Made by a program: the position numbers and the translations under genes. Positions 36,800 to 48,918 of a stretch of DNA of 64,000 nt are shown piece after piece (within the stretch, counting starts at the first letter, position 1; every line of letters starts with the position of its first letter). The stretch comes from Camelus ferus (taxonomy: Eukaryota), in contig NC_045697.1 of the NCBI RefSeq assembly GCF_009834535.1, forward strand, positions 101,310,001 through 101,374,000, read 5' to 3'. Under the pieces are notes generated by a model. The model ran no database searches and was not told where the DNA came from. It saw nothing but the letters and a program-made list of their open reading frames with translations.

Positions 36800-38535
36800 A
36801 CCTTCTCCTTTTCTACTCACTTTTTTCTATCAGCAGGTGAACATGCTGAAGATTCCTTTTTATTTAACAAATGCCAAAACGCCTCTCTCTAAAATCCCTG
36901 TTCCTCCCCCATCACAGCCCTCATTCCTTCCACTTACTAGCCCTTTAAAATAAGTAAATGTCAATAAATAAACAAATGTTCTCTATATACTTTTCACCCT
37001 CATTCTTCAATCCATGGTAATCTGTCTTCTGTCTCTATCTTTCTCCAAAAGTGCCCTCCTCACTGTCAATTTGTCACTAGACAAATCACTAAATCCAATG
37101 AATTTCTCAGCTCTTCTCTTACTTAGCATTTCAAAAACATTTAAGATCATTGACCATTATCTTTTTCTTGAAACTCATTATACTCTCCTGGGTTTCCCAT
37201 CAACTATTGTCCTCAATGCCCTTTATGGGCTCTGTCTTCCTCTGACTATTCCAGAACTACTGCTTCTCTTCTAGGTCATTTTTTTATTCCCAACCTAAAT
37301 ATATCTCCTGGGTAGTGTCCTACATTCCCCAGGATTTGGCAGCTACTTAGGTGTTCAGGACCATCAAGTTCTCCACTGCTAATCCACATCATGCTTCCAA
37401 GCTGGACAGCTCCAAGAGTCACTCCCTCGGCACCTTAAATCTAACATAGTCAAATGACGGTATCATCGTCTCCCACACACTGGCTCATCACCAACTTAAC
37501 TGGTACAGTCAAAAGTCTCAATAACATCCTTCTCTCCTGTTGACCCTCACCAAGCCCCTCTGTGCCCCGACACACAGAAACAAGCCCATCATATTCTCCT
37601 CACTTCCAAAAAAGCACTTTATCTATCTTCAGCCCCTTCTACGATCCTAGACCATATATCACATAAGTAGCTGCCAACAGAGTCGATGCAGCCGAATTGT
37701 CAAGAGCATCATAAGGTTTCTAGGCAGGGAATGAATCTTAATTCTGCCACCTATGTATTATGCTACTGTAAACAACTTACTTAATCTTTCTTTGCTTTCA
37801 TTTCTTCACCTTTACAACTGGAATGCTTATAAAGCCCAGCCTCACAGGACGATTATAAGAGTTAAGTGAGATAATGCCCAAGATCTTGTCACAGTGCTGG
37901 CAAAGAGTCAGGTACTCAGTATGTATGAGAGAGTATGTCCAGGCTGCCAGCCTTCCTCCCTGATATATATTTTCCACAGTGCAAAACGAGTGATCTTCCT
38001 AAACAGAGATTCAATAAAGTCACTACACCAGTTAAAACCATTTGGCAGCTCCTGTTGCAAGAGGCATAAAGTCTAAATCCATTAACATGTTTTACCAGAT
38101 TATTCAAGACCTGGCTTCAGTCACTCTCTCAGCCACGTCTCTCAATTTTTTTTTCCTGCCCTCTATGTTCTAGTCCCAGGTAATTTCCATCAGTTCCACG
38201 CAAACCTCATGCTCTCACATCTCCAAACTTTGCAAGTGCAGTTCCCTTCACTTGAACATCTTTTCCCACTCGTCCTTGCCTGGCTACTACAGTCAGGCCC
38301 TAGCACTCATGGCCATTGCCTTGGCTATGAATCCCCACAGCAACTGGGAATACCAAGAGCATGGTGCTGTTGTGATGGCAAAATTTTCTGTCTCCAGCTT
38401 TGGGTTTTCAGCTGTGTGAGAGACAAGAGCATACTCATCTCTGTCTCGTGTCTTTGTAAGTTCACAAACTCGCAGGCTTCTTGACTCGTGGTAGGTACTT
38501 AATAACAATTTTGAGAGGCTGTATCAGTAAATGAA
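36800..38535 (+). mobile_element. Decayed L2 pieces interrupted by a MIR
   Basis: tttctcagctcttctcttacttagcatttc...ttgaccattatctttttcttgaaac; ttccacagtgcaaaacgagtgatcttcctaaac; 3' end gtggtaggtacttaataac...aatgaataaa. Confidence 0.6.
37700..37925 (+). mobile_element. MIR SINE
   Basis: gaatcttaattctgccacctatg...ttacttaatc...tttcttcacctttacaactgg...cctcacaggacgattataagagttaagtgagataatg. Confidence 0.75.
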
Positions 38536-38977
38536 TAAACACTTTGGACCACTGGATGGGCTCACACACAGGAAACGGATGCCCTGTTCATCACCTAGTC
38601 TGGTCAGGGGTGCATGTTCGTTTGTAAATCTGTCTCACATGTTTTATCGGCATGAATCAATACTCAGAGCTCAGTCATTAGGGCTGGTAACCAGACCTTA
38701 AAAACCTTTAATCCATTGAGTTGGCTGACTAGGCTGAAGCTAAATAAGTATGCCTGTCTTTACTGCTGTTTACAGAGACAAATCCCATAGGCTGAGGTTT
38801 AAAGCAGGGATTCCACAGTCATATGCCTATAGGGGCCAGACCAGCATCCTAAGTCAGTGGCATGGGTGTAAGAGAGACTTGTTTCTGGAAGTTTTACACA
38901 AATGCCAAAATATGAGACTGACAGGCACGTGGGGAACGTTCTAAGAGAACATCTTTTATCTTGATTGCAGCCCGGGA

Positions 38978-39389
38978 TCATGTTTTCCAAATCATGAGTC
39001 AGGACCCTGGAGTGGGTTTTGAAAGCAATTTAGTGGATTGCAGCAAGCATTTTTAATAAGAGATTACATAGAATAGAATAGAAAATGGAGTGGATGGCAC
39101 ATATAAAAAGTAATAACTATGTCACGAAAAACTTGGTAAGTTAGTATGTGTGTGCATGTGCAATGGATCACAAAATAGAATATACTTTTTTTAAAATTTT
39201 TTTTAATTTAAAAATTTTTTTCTTGTTCCTTTCTTTTTTCTGGGGGGGGGGGTGATTAGGGTTATTTATTATTATTTTTTTAGAGGAGGTGCTGAGGATT
39301 GAACCCAGGACCTCATGCATGCTAAGCATGAGCTCTACCACTTGAGTTATACCCTCCCCTACTAAAATATATTTCTTACTGTGGATTGT

Positions 39390-39392
<3 letters not shown>
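38978..39392. mobile_element. hAT-Charlie-type non-autonomous DNA transposon split by a SINE
   Basis: agtgggttttgaaagcaatttagtggattgcagcaagcattttt...aatagaatagaaaat, resuming as atatatttcttactgtgg after the SINE. Confidence 0.55.
39188..39360 (-). mobile_element. tRNA-Ala-derived camelid SINE, long form
   Basis: Antisense GGGGAGGGTATAACTCAAGTGGTAGAGCTCATGCTTAGCATGCATGAGGTCCTGGGTTCAATCCTCAGCACCTCC, then an A-rich segment, CCTAATCAC(C)n and a second A-rich tail. Confidence 0.92.
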
Positions 39393-39425
<33 letters not shown>

Positions 39426-39447
39426 ACAGATATATATATATATATAA
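39388..39447. repeat. (CA)n(TA)n microsatellite
   Basis: Seen directly in the sequence. Confidence 0.9.
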
Positions 39448-39519
39448 CCATTGGTTATGAGCGAGTATCTATTTTCTCTGTCTACACCTTTTCACTTCCC
39501 AATCTCAATCTGTCATTTC

Positions 39520-40312
39520 TGCTTTAGTAAACCCACTAAATTTTCCCTGATAATGTCACTGATGGTCTTTTACTTGTCAGACTGAAGGTACCCACTTCAG
39601 ATACAGTCATAGCTCAATTCTCTGCAGTGCTGAACATGGTTCATGCCGCCCTCTTACTCGTGATGCCTCTGGCTTCTGTGACATCACTTTCTAATGATTC
39701 TCCTGCTAGCTCCCTGATGTTTCTCTCTAGCCTCTGTTCCCTGGTTCCTCTCCCTGAGTCTTGCCCCCAAATACTGGCATTTCTGCAAAACAGGAATAGG
39801 CCTCAGAGATGCCACACACACACTAAGATTGAACTTTATCTCTGCCATGCTCACCTCCGGTACTACCTCCCAGGCCCCATCCACTCCTGCCTGGATTACT
39901 GCAGCAGCCTAATGACTCATCTCCCTTTGTGTCTATTCTCAAAGGGTAGCCAGAGGGATCCTGGTAAAAGGAAAGTCAGATCGTCTCATTTCTTTGAGCA
40001 GAACCACTCACTGACTCCATGACATCCTCGGGGTCTTTGCTCAAATAGCATCTTCCTAGTGAGGACTTCCAAGCCTCTCTCTTGAAACAGACAATTCTAA
40101 CGCCATGACAAGATGCCCTGTCCCTCTTTCCTACTTTCCTCCATAGCCCTTGTCTAAAATACAGTACAATTATTTATTTTGTTTAATGTCTGTCTCCTCT
40201 TACTGGGACATAAGATCCAGTAGGGAAAGGATTTCTGTCTATTTTGTAGACTACTATCCAGAATTAGTGGTCCATAGCAGAAGGCCAATAAAAATTCATT
40301 GAAAGAAGGGAT
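39520..40312 (+). mobile_element. L2 3' portion
   Basis: cctggattactgcagcagcctaatgactcatctccc...tctttgctcaaatagcatcttcctagtgagg...gtttaatgtctgtctcctc...ccatagcagaaggccaataaaaattcattgaa. Confidence 0.75.
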
Positions 40313-40959
40313 GACAACCATCAATCATGTATTCTTTGTTTGATGGTGGTAGCCTGAGTACACATGGCTATGTGATTCACCTACACTATTCCATGCATGA
40401 GTCTCTCCATGTGCAATATGATTTTTAAAAGGGCTTTTAGCTATTAAGCAAAAAATAAAAGATGCTTACAGGAAATTGTCTGAAATTCATAACCAGGGCT
40501 TAACCCTGTGTGAGCAGTGTTCTGTTGGCTAAGCCTACAAGACACAGGTATCTTCACATCGGCCTGGTTAAACGTCCTAGGACGCTGCTTTGGGGTTCTT
40601 CCTTTTTAATCTACTTCATCACACACACAATCAATTCTGTTTGCCTAAAGGATGGTAAAGATAGTTCAATTCTCTTCCTTTATTTTCCTGACAATATCCC
40701 ATAACTGTGCAATGAAAGGAGAAAAATATTAATAAACTATTTTCCCATGACTTACAACCAAATTACAACCTTAGTTTTTTTTATTTACTACTATAGCATT
40801 TTAAAAGCTATTTGCTCCTATAAAAATACTCAACAACCCATTAAGAACCTTCCCTATTAATAAATAGTACTTTTTCCCTCCACAGGGGGACAAAAAAGTC
40901 AACTTAATCAACTTAATCTTTTCTCTCCTCCCCTAGTTTATCCCCATTTAATCTTCCCC

Positions 40960-41100
40960 AGCTCACAATAATGCTCTCATTTAGGCATTACTGTTATCCC
41001 CATTGAATAAATGAGAAATCGAGGCATAAGAGATTAGAAATCTTGTTCAATATCACTCAGATGTCACATAGAAGTGCTATGATTTGACTCTGAACCTAAG
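40960..41100 (-). mobile_element. MIR SINE
   Basis: ttactgttatccccattgaataaatgagaaatcgaggcataagagattagaaatcttgttcaatatcac. Confidence 0.65.
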
Positions 41101-41179
41101 GTGTGGAGAGAAATGTGAATTATGAGACAGAGGAGAGACCATGAAATTTGTGATTGATTTTTTTGGTGGGGAAGAGAAG

Positions 41180-41640
41180 GTAAGAGCACAAAGAGGAATA
41201 GGGGGTGACTCCCAGGTTTCTGGTTTGGGCGACCAGGTGAATGATGTTTCTTCCAATGATCTACAGGAGGGAGAGGTTTAGAGTACAAGTTTGTAAGATC
41301 AATTTTGGATGTAAGCTTGAGATGCCTGTGGGTAACATTTTGAAGCTTAGAACTGTGCCCTGGGCTGGAAATATAAATATGGAACTTAAAAGTAGTTAGG
41401 TAGAATCCAAAATCACAGAGACCAATAAGTTCACCCAGAAAGAGTCCACTACATTTGGCAAATAGAAACAAACAAAAAAACCAAACTAGTTATCTGAGAA
41501 AGAGACTGGAATGAGAGTGAATGAAAGATTGAAAGATTACAGGTCAGAGTGAATGGTTGGTGAGAAAGCAGAAACAGTGATAATAATCTGCTCTTCTGAG
41601 AAATGGCTATTTGCAAAGGGGAAGGAAGTGACTAAAAACT
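41180..41640 (-). mobile_element. L2 fragment
   Basis: gtgactcccaggtttctggtttgggcgaccaggtgaatg...ttttggatgtaagcttgagatgcctgtgg...gggctggaaatataaat. Confidence 0.65.
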
Positions 41641-41899
41641 ATCTGGAAGTTACAGAAGCTATTAAAATTTGCTTCAGCTAATCATCTACCTTTTGGCTCC
41701 TTCTAAAATTGACCTTCCTAAAAACAAAGCTCTGAAAACTCTCATGTCCCAGGAGAGACCTTTCCAGAGCTGCTTGGCCATCGTCTACCTTCCCAGAAAC
41801 CCTCCTGAAACAGCCCTCTTTAGAAAATATTCCATGTTACAGCCCCTCCCTCACCATCAGGGTCCTAGGATCCTGCTCATTTTGGAAAGTTAATCTGTG

Positions 41900-42232
41900 C
41901 AGATGGACGCTCGTGGCTACAGTGCTACTCTTCCCAGGTAACTTTTGTTGTCATAAAGCAAAGCAAAGCTTCTCACACCACGGTGCCTGGACTCCAAGGG
42001 AAAGGGTCCAGAAATAAAGAAGGTCAGGAGGATTCCATACATTCTCTATGACCTTGCTTTGGAAATCCCATAGCATCACTTCTGCAGTACACTCTGCCCA
42101 TCAGAGCACACTCAAATCCACTCAAGGTCAAAGGAAGGGAAAATAATCTTGGTGGGGAGTGCCAAAAAGGTTCGGGAGGAGCATGTGGACTGGATATACT
42201 GCTGGAGGCATTTTTGCAAAAATAATCCATCG
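41900..42232 (-). mobile_element. Old MLT1 (J/K-like) LTR fragment
   Basis: ttggaaatcccatagcatcacttctgcagtacactctg...tcaaggtcaaaggaaggg...tggggagtgccaaa...gcatgtggactggatat...gcatttttgcaaaaataatc. Confidence 0.65.
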
Positions 42233-42377
42233 CTGTTAGATAAAATAGTTTAGGTGTTCAATGTTAGAAAACTTAGTTAAAGCAAACTAACACCAAAATA
42301 CAAATTTATCATTCTGAGAAACCACTGAAATCAAGTCTCTGGATGCAATGAGTTACATAAAAATATACTAAAGTATG

Positions 42378-42575
42378 AAATGTTTCATGGTCCACCAATT
42401 TTAGGAAATGCTGGGTTAAACAGGTTTCTTTACAGCAGGATTTTCAGAGACTAATATTCTAATGTGCATCATAAAACTACAGGAGGGAGATATAAAATTC
42501 AGCATTTTCCAAAATTACCTGATTATAAGACTTTTTAAAAGTGTTATCACATGGGTCAGAAATTTAGGAAGATGT
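42378..42575. mobile_element. hAT-Charlie MITE (MER103-like)
   Basis: tttaggaaatgctgggttaaacaggtttctttacagcaggattttcagag...ctaatgtgcat...cagcattttccaaaattacctga. Confidence 0.6.
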
Positions 42576-43534
42576 CCTCCCACAAGACCAATGCTAATAG
42601 AGGTTATTTCAGGCCATCTGATCGAACAATTAGAGACCAAAATCAACACCATTCTAACTTGTACCATCCCTTTTAGTGGCCATGTTTTCTTCAATTCGCC
42701 TCACCTTCTTCATACAGTGACATTAAATTGGGCAGTCACCTTTAGTGGGAATGGCCCCTGGCTTGAGAGTTCAAGTGTTTGCTTTCCCTTTTGATGAACT
42801 AAATTCTCTGGACTCTATAATAAAACTAGAACTGGGGCATATGGTACTTTTTATTTCACAGCTCGGTGTGACTGCCTACGAGGGAGATAAAGCTGATGAA
42901 TATACTTGTTGATCGTTGATATTATTTCCCTGCTTCTGTTTGTTTCTTTTTCTTTTATAGCTTGCAAGCTCAGTTGTTACCAGGAAAATCAATAAACAAG
43001 CTTTCAAGAAAACTTACACCTTAGGGAGTATAAAGACCCTTTTGCCTTGAAGTTATTCTTTTTCTTTTTCAAGGGAGTAATATCCACTCCACAGCCAGAG
43101 TTCACTTTCAAGTCAACAGAAGCCCTGCGTGTTCATGAGGACTCTCTGCTGGGAGAACAGAGCCCCCAAGTATTTTCAGAGGGATATCATTGTTCCTAGG
43201 ATAACTTCTGCGAATTGAATTATTCTGAAAGTCAGGCAGGACTAAAGTAAAGGGAACTAATGTAGCCAAGAAAATAAACCATTATCCACATGTCCAGGGG
43301 CTAGGAAAGAATGTAGGTAAGGCTACAAAAAGGCTGCCTTTTCATGTGGATTTAAATGAAACAGAACCCTATTAACTAGAGTAGAGATTCTCATCTCTGT
43401 CCTCCCCTGGAGCTCAGTCCTGGGAAATCGAGACCACATCCTTTAAGGCTCTGTTCAAAGTCAAAAGATGTTTGCAACTGCATGCCAATATTTACAGGAG
43501 TTAGCCTTGGACCACATGTGTAAATGACAACCTA

Positions 43535-43615
43535 GAGCAGCATCACTCAAAAGAACGTAGTGAGACACTGGAAATGTTCTACAACTTTACACTGCTCAGT
43601 ATGTTAGCCAGCATT
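43535..43615. mobile_element. MER3/MER33-like hAT fragment
   Basis: tggaaatgttctacaactttacactgctcagtatgttagcca. Confidence 0.45.
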
Positions 43616-43759
43616 GGTAAAAATGTCCACGTTTCCTTGGCAAATCAGAGTAAGTTTAAATAAAGCATGGGTCAAAATGGAATGGTAGTCACTGGGTGGG
43701 AGCAGGCTCTGACATATGTTCCTGAGAAGGAGCTACAGGGCAAAAGTGTAATGATATTG

Positions 43760-43900
43760 TTGCAGTCATCTATGAGTGCTTAAAAAATTACCCCAAATTG
43801 AGTGGCTTAAATCAATGACATCTGATTTGCTCATGAATCTGCAACTTAGGCAGGGCCCATGAGAGGAACAGTGCACCTCCTTGCATTTCAGTTTTCTCAC
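43760..43900 (-). mobile_element. MLT1 LTR fragment (3' end, antisense)
   Basis: aaattaccccaaattgagtggcttaaa...tttgctcatgaatctgcaacttaggcaggg. Confidence 0.65.
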
Positions 43901-43916
43901 ATGTAGAATGGAGATT

Positions 43917-44423
43917 CCGGTGGATGGACTATAAAAACGACCCCAGTTCTCCACTCTCCTGTATTCAATCAATTGCAGTGGGATTTTGTGGCCCCTTTCA
44001 TTCCAACGTTGGAGTCTATTTTCCCATTCCTTGATTCCAGGCTTGTTTTGAGATTTGCTTTGGCCAACAGAGCGTGGCAGAAATGGCTTTGTGCTAGTTC
44101 TGACTCTTAGCATTTCCGCTCTATTTCTCTGAGATCCCTGAGCCCACCCTGAGGACAAGATCAGTTTAGCCTTTTGGGGGAACAGAGATGGTGCAGAGCA
44201 AAGCCAAGTCAGCTTAGCCGTCCCAGCCAAAGTTGTCCACAGACACGTGAGAGAAGTCAGCCAAGATCAGCAAAACAAACCCACAGATGACTTTCCAGCT
44301 GACTGTAGACGCATGAACAACCCCAGCTAAGACCAGCGTAACCCTGGAAAATCTGCAGATTTGTGCCAATGAGTTTTGCTCATTGGGTGTTTGTCCCATA
44401 GTATTAGTGACAAAACTGAAACA
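43917..44423 (+). mobile_element. MLT1H/G-like MaLR solo LTR
   Basis: ggagtctattttcccattccttga...ttgctttggccaacagagcgtggcagaa...agccaagatcagc...ccagctgactgtagacgcatg...ctgaaaca. Confidence 0.75.
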
Positions 44424-44461
44424 GAGCTAACAGTAGGCCCTAATAAACAGTACTGTGTTTA

Positions 44462-44717
44462 TTTTTGTTTGTTTGTTTATTGAGGTATAGTTGATTTACA
44501 ATGTTGTGTTAGTTTCTGGTGTACAGCATAGTGATTCAGTTTATATATATTTATATATATATATATATAAAAATATATACTTTTCATTATAGTGTATTAT
44601 AAAATATTAAATATAGTTCCCTGTACTGAACAGTAGGACCTTGTTGTTTATCTATTTTATTTTTAAATATTTTTTTAATTGAAGTAGAGTCAATTTACAA
44701 TGTCAGTTGCAGGTGTA
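44462..44717 (-). mobile_element. Two tandem L1 3' ends inside one 13-bp TSD
   Basis: TSD agtactgtgttta at 44449-44461 and 44718-44730. L1 3'-terminal motifs ttgaggtatagttgatttacaatg (about 44480) and ttgaagtagagtcaatttacaatg (about 44680). Confidence 0.88.
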
Positions 44718-45984
44718 AGTACTGTGTTTAGAACAGTGCCTGGCATCAAATAAGCAGCCAATAAATATTTGCCTTTATTATTATCCCCAAATTTGCCAGT
44801 ACCACACAGAATGTGTTTCCCATTTTCCTGAAGAAGATGAGATGTCTACCACAAGTTTCGTGAGAGCTATCAGAGAATGCTGATCTATTACATCTTTAGC
44901 AATTTTAATAAATTACTAAGAAAAAGCATCAAAAGCTAAGCATATTCTAGTAACGGAAAGCAAGGTATCTATTGCTAACGCAGCAAAAGTACATGATCTC
45001 CAAAGCCCTTCACACATGCCGTGTAAATATCTAATATCTGATCTATGCCCAGATATCAAATCACCAATTAGATCAAATATCAAACAACTTCTAGGAAAAA
45101 TGGACAGTAACATTTTTATTACATGATTAATTGTTGTTGTTAATGATATTTATATCAGCACAAAAACTGGGACAAGAGTAATTTTATCTGCCCTAGCATT
45201 TTCAGACATAATAATTTTATGATAATATTTTCAATGGTGGACTTCAAAAGAATAAACACATTAGCTGAAATAAAACAGTATTACAGACCTTACCTTTACA
45301 AACACTACAGAAACACACGACTGTGAGCTTCCCCCGTCTGTATCAGCGTGCAGATGCTCGGTGGTGGGAGTGAGCGAGCTCTTCATGACTTCTCTGCCTG
45401 CATGCTCTCTCTCTCAGATAAGTCCTCCAGCCTCTTAAACAACTTCAGCCAAATTCCATAGGTTTCCAAATTCCATATCAGGTTGTAACTTGTCTTTTGA
45501 ACCCAATTCCAGGATTTCTATTTCTGTTTGACTTTTGTACTTGGATAGTCTGCCATTTCTTCACCCTCATTAAGTTGAAATGTGAATCCATCACCTCCCT
45601 GGCTGTCACCCACTAAACATGTGTATGGCGTTATGCAGTAATTCACTGTAAGTAAATCTCCGAATTCAGTTCCTTACACATAACAGAAGGCGGATGAATG
45701 ATAATTACCATCAATTCTGTTGTTACTCTTGTTCTCCAATTTTGTCTTTATAATAACCCTGAGGGATGGCTATGGTAAGTATTATTATCCTAGTTTATTG
45801 AAGAGGAAAATAATATACCAAGATGTACAGATCATCAAACATAAAAGTGCTGGTGAGGTGAGCACACAGAGCTGCAAACACACACCAGTAAGATTAATAG
45901 CCGCTGTATGAAGAACGGTAAGTGTTGAGACTAAATTTTATGGAAGTGAATTTTGAGGCTGACTTGATAGAATAAAGAGTAACT

Positions 45985-46210
45985 AATATACATATAAGCA
46001 CTTACTATGTACCAGTAACTATTATAAGTTAATATCAATATCCTAAGTTAATATTAGCATTAACTCAGTTACTTAGGTATTTTTTCTTTAATAGTTTTTG
46101 TAAAAGAAACCAATATGAGATTGTGTGGCTTAAACAGCCTGCATTAGGTCAGGCAGCAAGAAGCTAATAAATCATCAATCCGGGATTTGAATGCAGACCA
46201 TCTGGCTACT
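45985..46210 (-). mobile_element. MIR SINE
   Basis: agcacttactatgtaccag...ggatttgaatgcagaccatctggct. Confidence 0.55.
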
Positions 46211-46258
46211 GAGAAGTGTCCCTACTATATTCTGCTATCTCTGAAATGAAGAATAAGA

Positions 46259-46402
46259 GGATATTCAGTATCTTGTAAAGCCTATAATGAAAAAGAACAT
46301 GAAAAGGAATATAGATATATATATCACTGAAACACTCTGCTACACACCAGAAATTAACACAGCGTTGTAAGCCGACTATACCGGACTAAAAAAATTTTTT
46401 TT
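46259..46402 (+). mobile_element. Short L1 3'-end insertion with a 10-bp TSD
   Basis: TSD aagaataaga at 46249-46258 and 46403-46412. Body tatcttgtaaagcctataatgaaaaagaac...tacacaccagaaattaacacagcgttgtaagccgactatac. Confidence 0.88.
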
Positions 46403-48161
46403 AAGAATAAGAAGTTGGGGAGGGGAAAAGAGAAAAAGGTAATAGCGAATGAAAAGTCATCAAGGTAGAAATAAGTCGATCAAACACAGGCGTGGGGCTC
46501 AATCAGGTGGTACGGGCTACGAAGCCACGCCTGGGTGAAGAATCGGGTGAAAATGGGTTTGGGAAGATTTGGGACGCAGCAGCAGCACAGCGGGCTCTGA
46601 ATGTCAGGCTGAACTGTCTGAACTTCCAGTACAGCCCAAAGGGGACCTGACCCTCTGTATACTTAACTTAAGCCATGTCAATGCACAGGCAAATGAACAG
46701 GTTGAGCAGAGACGCACTGGTCCATATGGGAGTGGGAGTTCGTTTCTTAATATGGAGCTAAAACTGTTTGCTTGAAATTGGCAGCATCTCTAACTCAAAA
46801 TACTTCACATACATCTGTGTCATTTAACTATTTGCAAATGACCAAGAAAGTGACAGACTGAAGACAGAAGCCCTGACCCCCTTCTGGAGGGTTAAGTACT
46901 GGAAGCATAGGACGCACTGCTATAGATCAAGCAAGCTGTGTATTCAATGTTGAGGGTGCCTTGACTGAACATCTGGCCAGTAAGTGCCTTCCATTTATTA
47001 ACGGCACTTACTCACTGCACCTGCTCTGTGTGAAGAAATTATGTGGGTCAAGTAACTGCAGCATGATTTCAAATGTCTGTCTCATCACCTACAAACATAA
47101 TCAAAGAATAACAACCCAGTCCCGGGGAAAATCTCGGTAAGTCCTTCTTACTAGTAATTCTAAAACAGAAATGCAAAAAATTTGCAAACTTACTGATAAT
47201 CTTATAAAGATAAACCAATAATTCTCAACTATAGCAACCTCGGTGTGAAAGGAATTATTTCTTTAGTCCATGTGCTAGCTGAGTTAGCCCTCTCACTGCA
47301 CCAACTAAAACAATTTTTAAAAATCTTCAAAGTGATAAGGGTGTAACATCTACATTAGTATTTTCCTTGGTAAAACTGGTTTAAGGAAAGGAAATGTTTT
47401 CTTAATTCTCTTCACCAACTTTTGCTAAGGTCTTTTCTTTTTAAATATATTGAAAGCAGAATTTTTCCAAGGGAGAGAAACGAGAACTCTGCTTTTTTTC
47501 ATCGTTACTCAAAAATCTGCTTGGTACTTGGTCAACTCACAGCCAGTTCCCTAAGACTGAGTTTCAGCTGATGGACAAAATCCAACAGACTAGTCTGAAG
47601 CCTTCTGGTAATGTAAATCTGATTTGACCAGATAATAACTGCATTATAAAAATAACATTACTAGCACAGATCCAGGGAAGTTTAGACATTACTAAGTAAA
47701 CAGTGCACAGATGTGGATGCTGAAAAATTAATAGCACACCACCTTCTGATAGGCTGTACATGAAATATGCTTCCACAGAAACAGAATGAAGCAAGCCCCA
47801 AGCACAAATTCTCATGCCATCGTGGCATAAATGAATCATAAAGCATTAAAACAGAAATTTCAAGCTCTGGCTCAGGTACAATTTCTGAGAAATTACTCAG
47901 CCTCGCACATATTTCTTCATGCCATCTCATTGGTAGAGAGAAGACTGGAAGTAAGAGTGACTTGTCCCATGTGAGCAAAACCCAGTTTAAAAAATAATAA
48001 TGTTTAAAGATTTTATGATGCTTGTAATCTTCCTCCTCCTCACAGCTCAAAAAGTATTTTTTTTAAACTTTCAAAACAAGCACTTACTATTCTCAGATAA
48101 GATGTTCTAATAAGGTACCATTTTTTCCACATATTAAGGCCACAGGAACCCTAGGAGGTTG

Positions 48162-48181
48162 TTACTGACATCTAGTGGCAT
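48162..48181 (-). promoter_or_regulatory. CTCF-like motif
   Basis: Minus strand ATGCCACTAGATGTCAGTAA against the core CCASYAGRKGGCRS, with one mismatch. Confidence 0.45.
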
Positions 48182-48879
48182 AATTTTTTAAATGCTAAAT
48201 GCACTAAAAAATAAATCTAGAGAAAGGAAGGGACAGACACATCCACATGTACTTGCAAAGTCTAGTGGACATGCCGTGTTACAAATTATTTGCCTCCATC
48301 CACACCACTCTGCCCCAGTGACATGCGTCCCCTTCCAGGGTAACGCTATTACTGCAAAACTGAAGAAATGAAAACCAACACATCTGTTAAAGCCTTAAAG
48401 GAACCAACTCCCTCAAAATCCCTAGTCCTTTCCAGAGAATTGCCAGCTCCCAGGAAGCCCCAGTTCCCAAAGGCCAACTCCAGCTCCAGTCCTAGTATTA
48501 TTAACTTCCCAAATAACCATAGCCCTTCCCCAACCTGCATTCCTAGCATTTAGGGACTTTGAGAGTCCCAACCTAAAGAAACGCAACTGCGGAACTAGAA
48601 ATACGTTATTTCAGACTGCGTATCCACAGACATGAACATTCAAAATGGCCATGAAATCCCTATGCCTGAGATTCAATAATTACTAAAAACTTTTAAATGG
48701 CTATTTTTAAAATTTAAAAATGCTTTAATGTTTCCAGTCATCCACAGGAATGAGGATGTACAGAAGAATATGCAAGAAATTGATATTGATGTGAAAAATG
48801 ATAAGGGGCGTAGAGATAACTTCTAAAAGCAAGTAAAAAGGTGTATTTTATAGCCTCTGTATATATGTACGTATAAGAC

Positions 48880-48881
<2 letters not shown>

Positions 48882-48915
<34 letters not shown>
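48882..48915. repeat. (GT)n microsatellite
   Basis: Seen directly in the sequence. Confidence 0.95.

Positions 48916-48918
<3 letters not shown>

Noticed and set aside
43766..44399. 154-aa and 61-aa minus-strand ORFs
   Set aside because: They lie entirely within MLT1 LTRs and show no protein similarity.
45294..45400. Strong minus-strand donor AAG|GTAAGG near 45293
   Set aside because: No good acceptor at a plausible distance. Isolated donors are common by chance.
47538..47638. Possible minus-strand exon (IIWSNQIYITRRLQTSLLDFVHQLKLSLRELA) ending at GTGAGT
   Set aside because: Weak pyrimidine tract, poor exonic donor context (GCT|GT) and no recognised homology.
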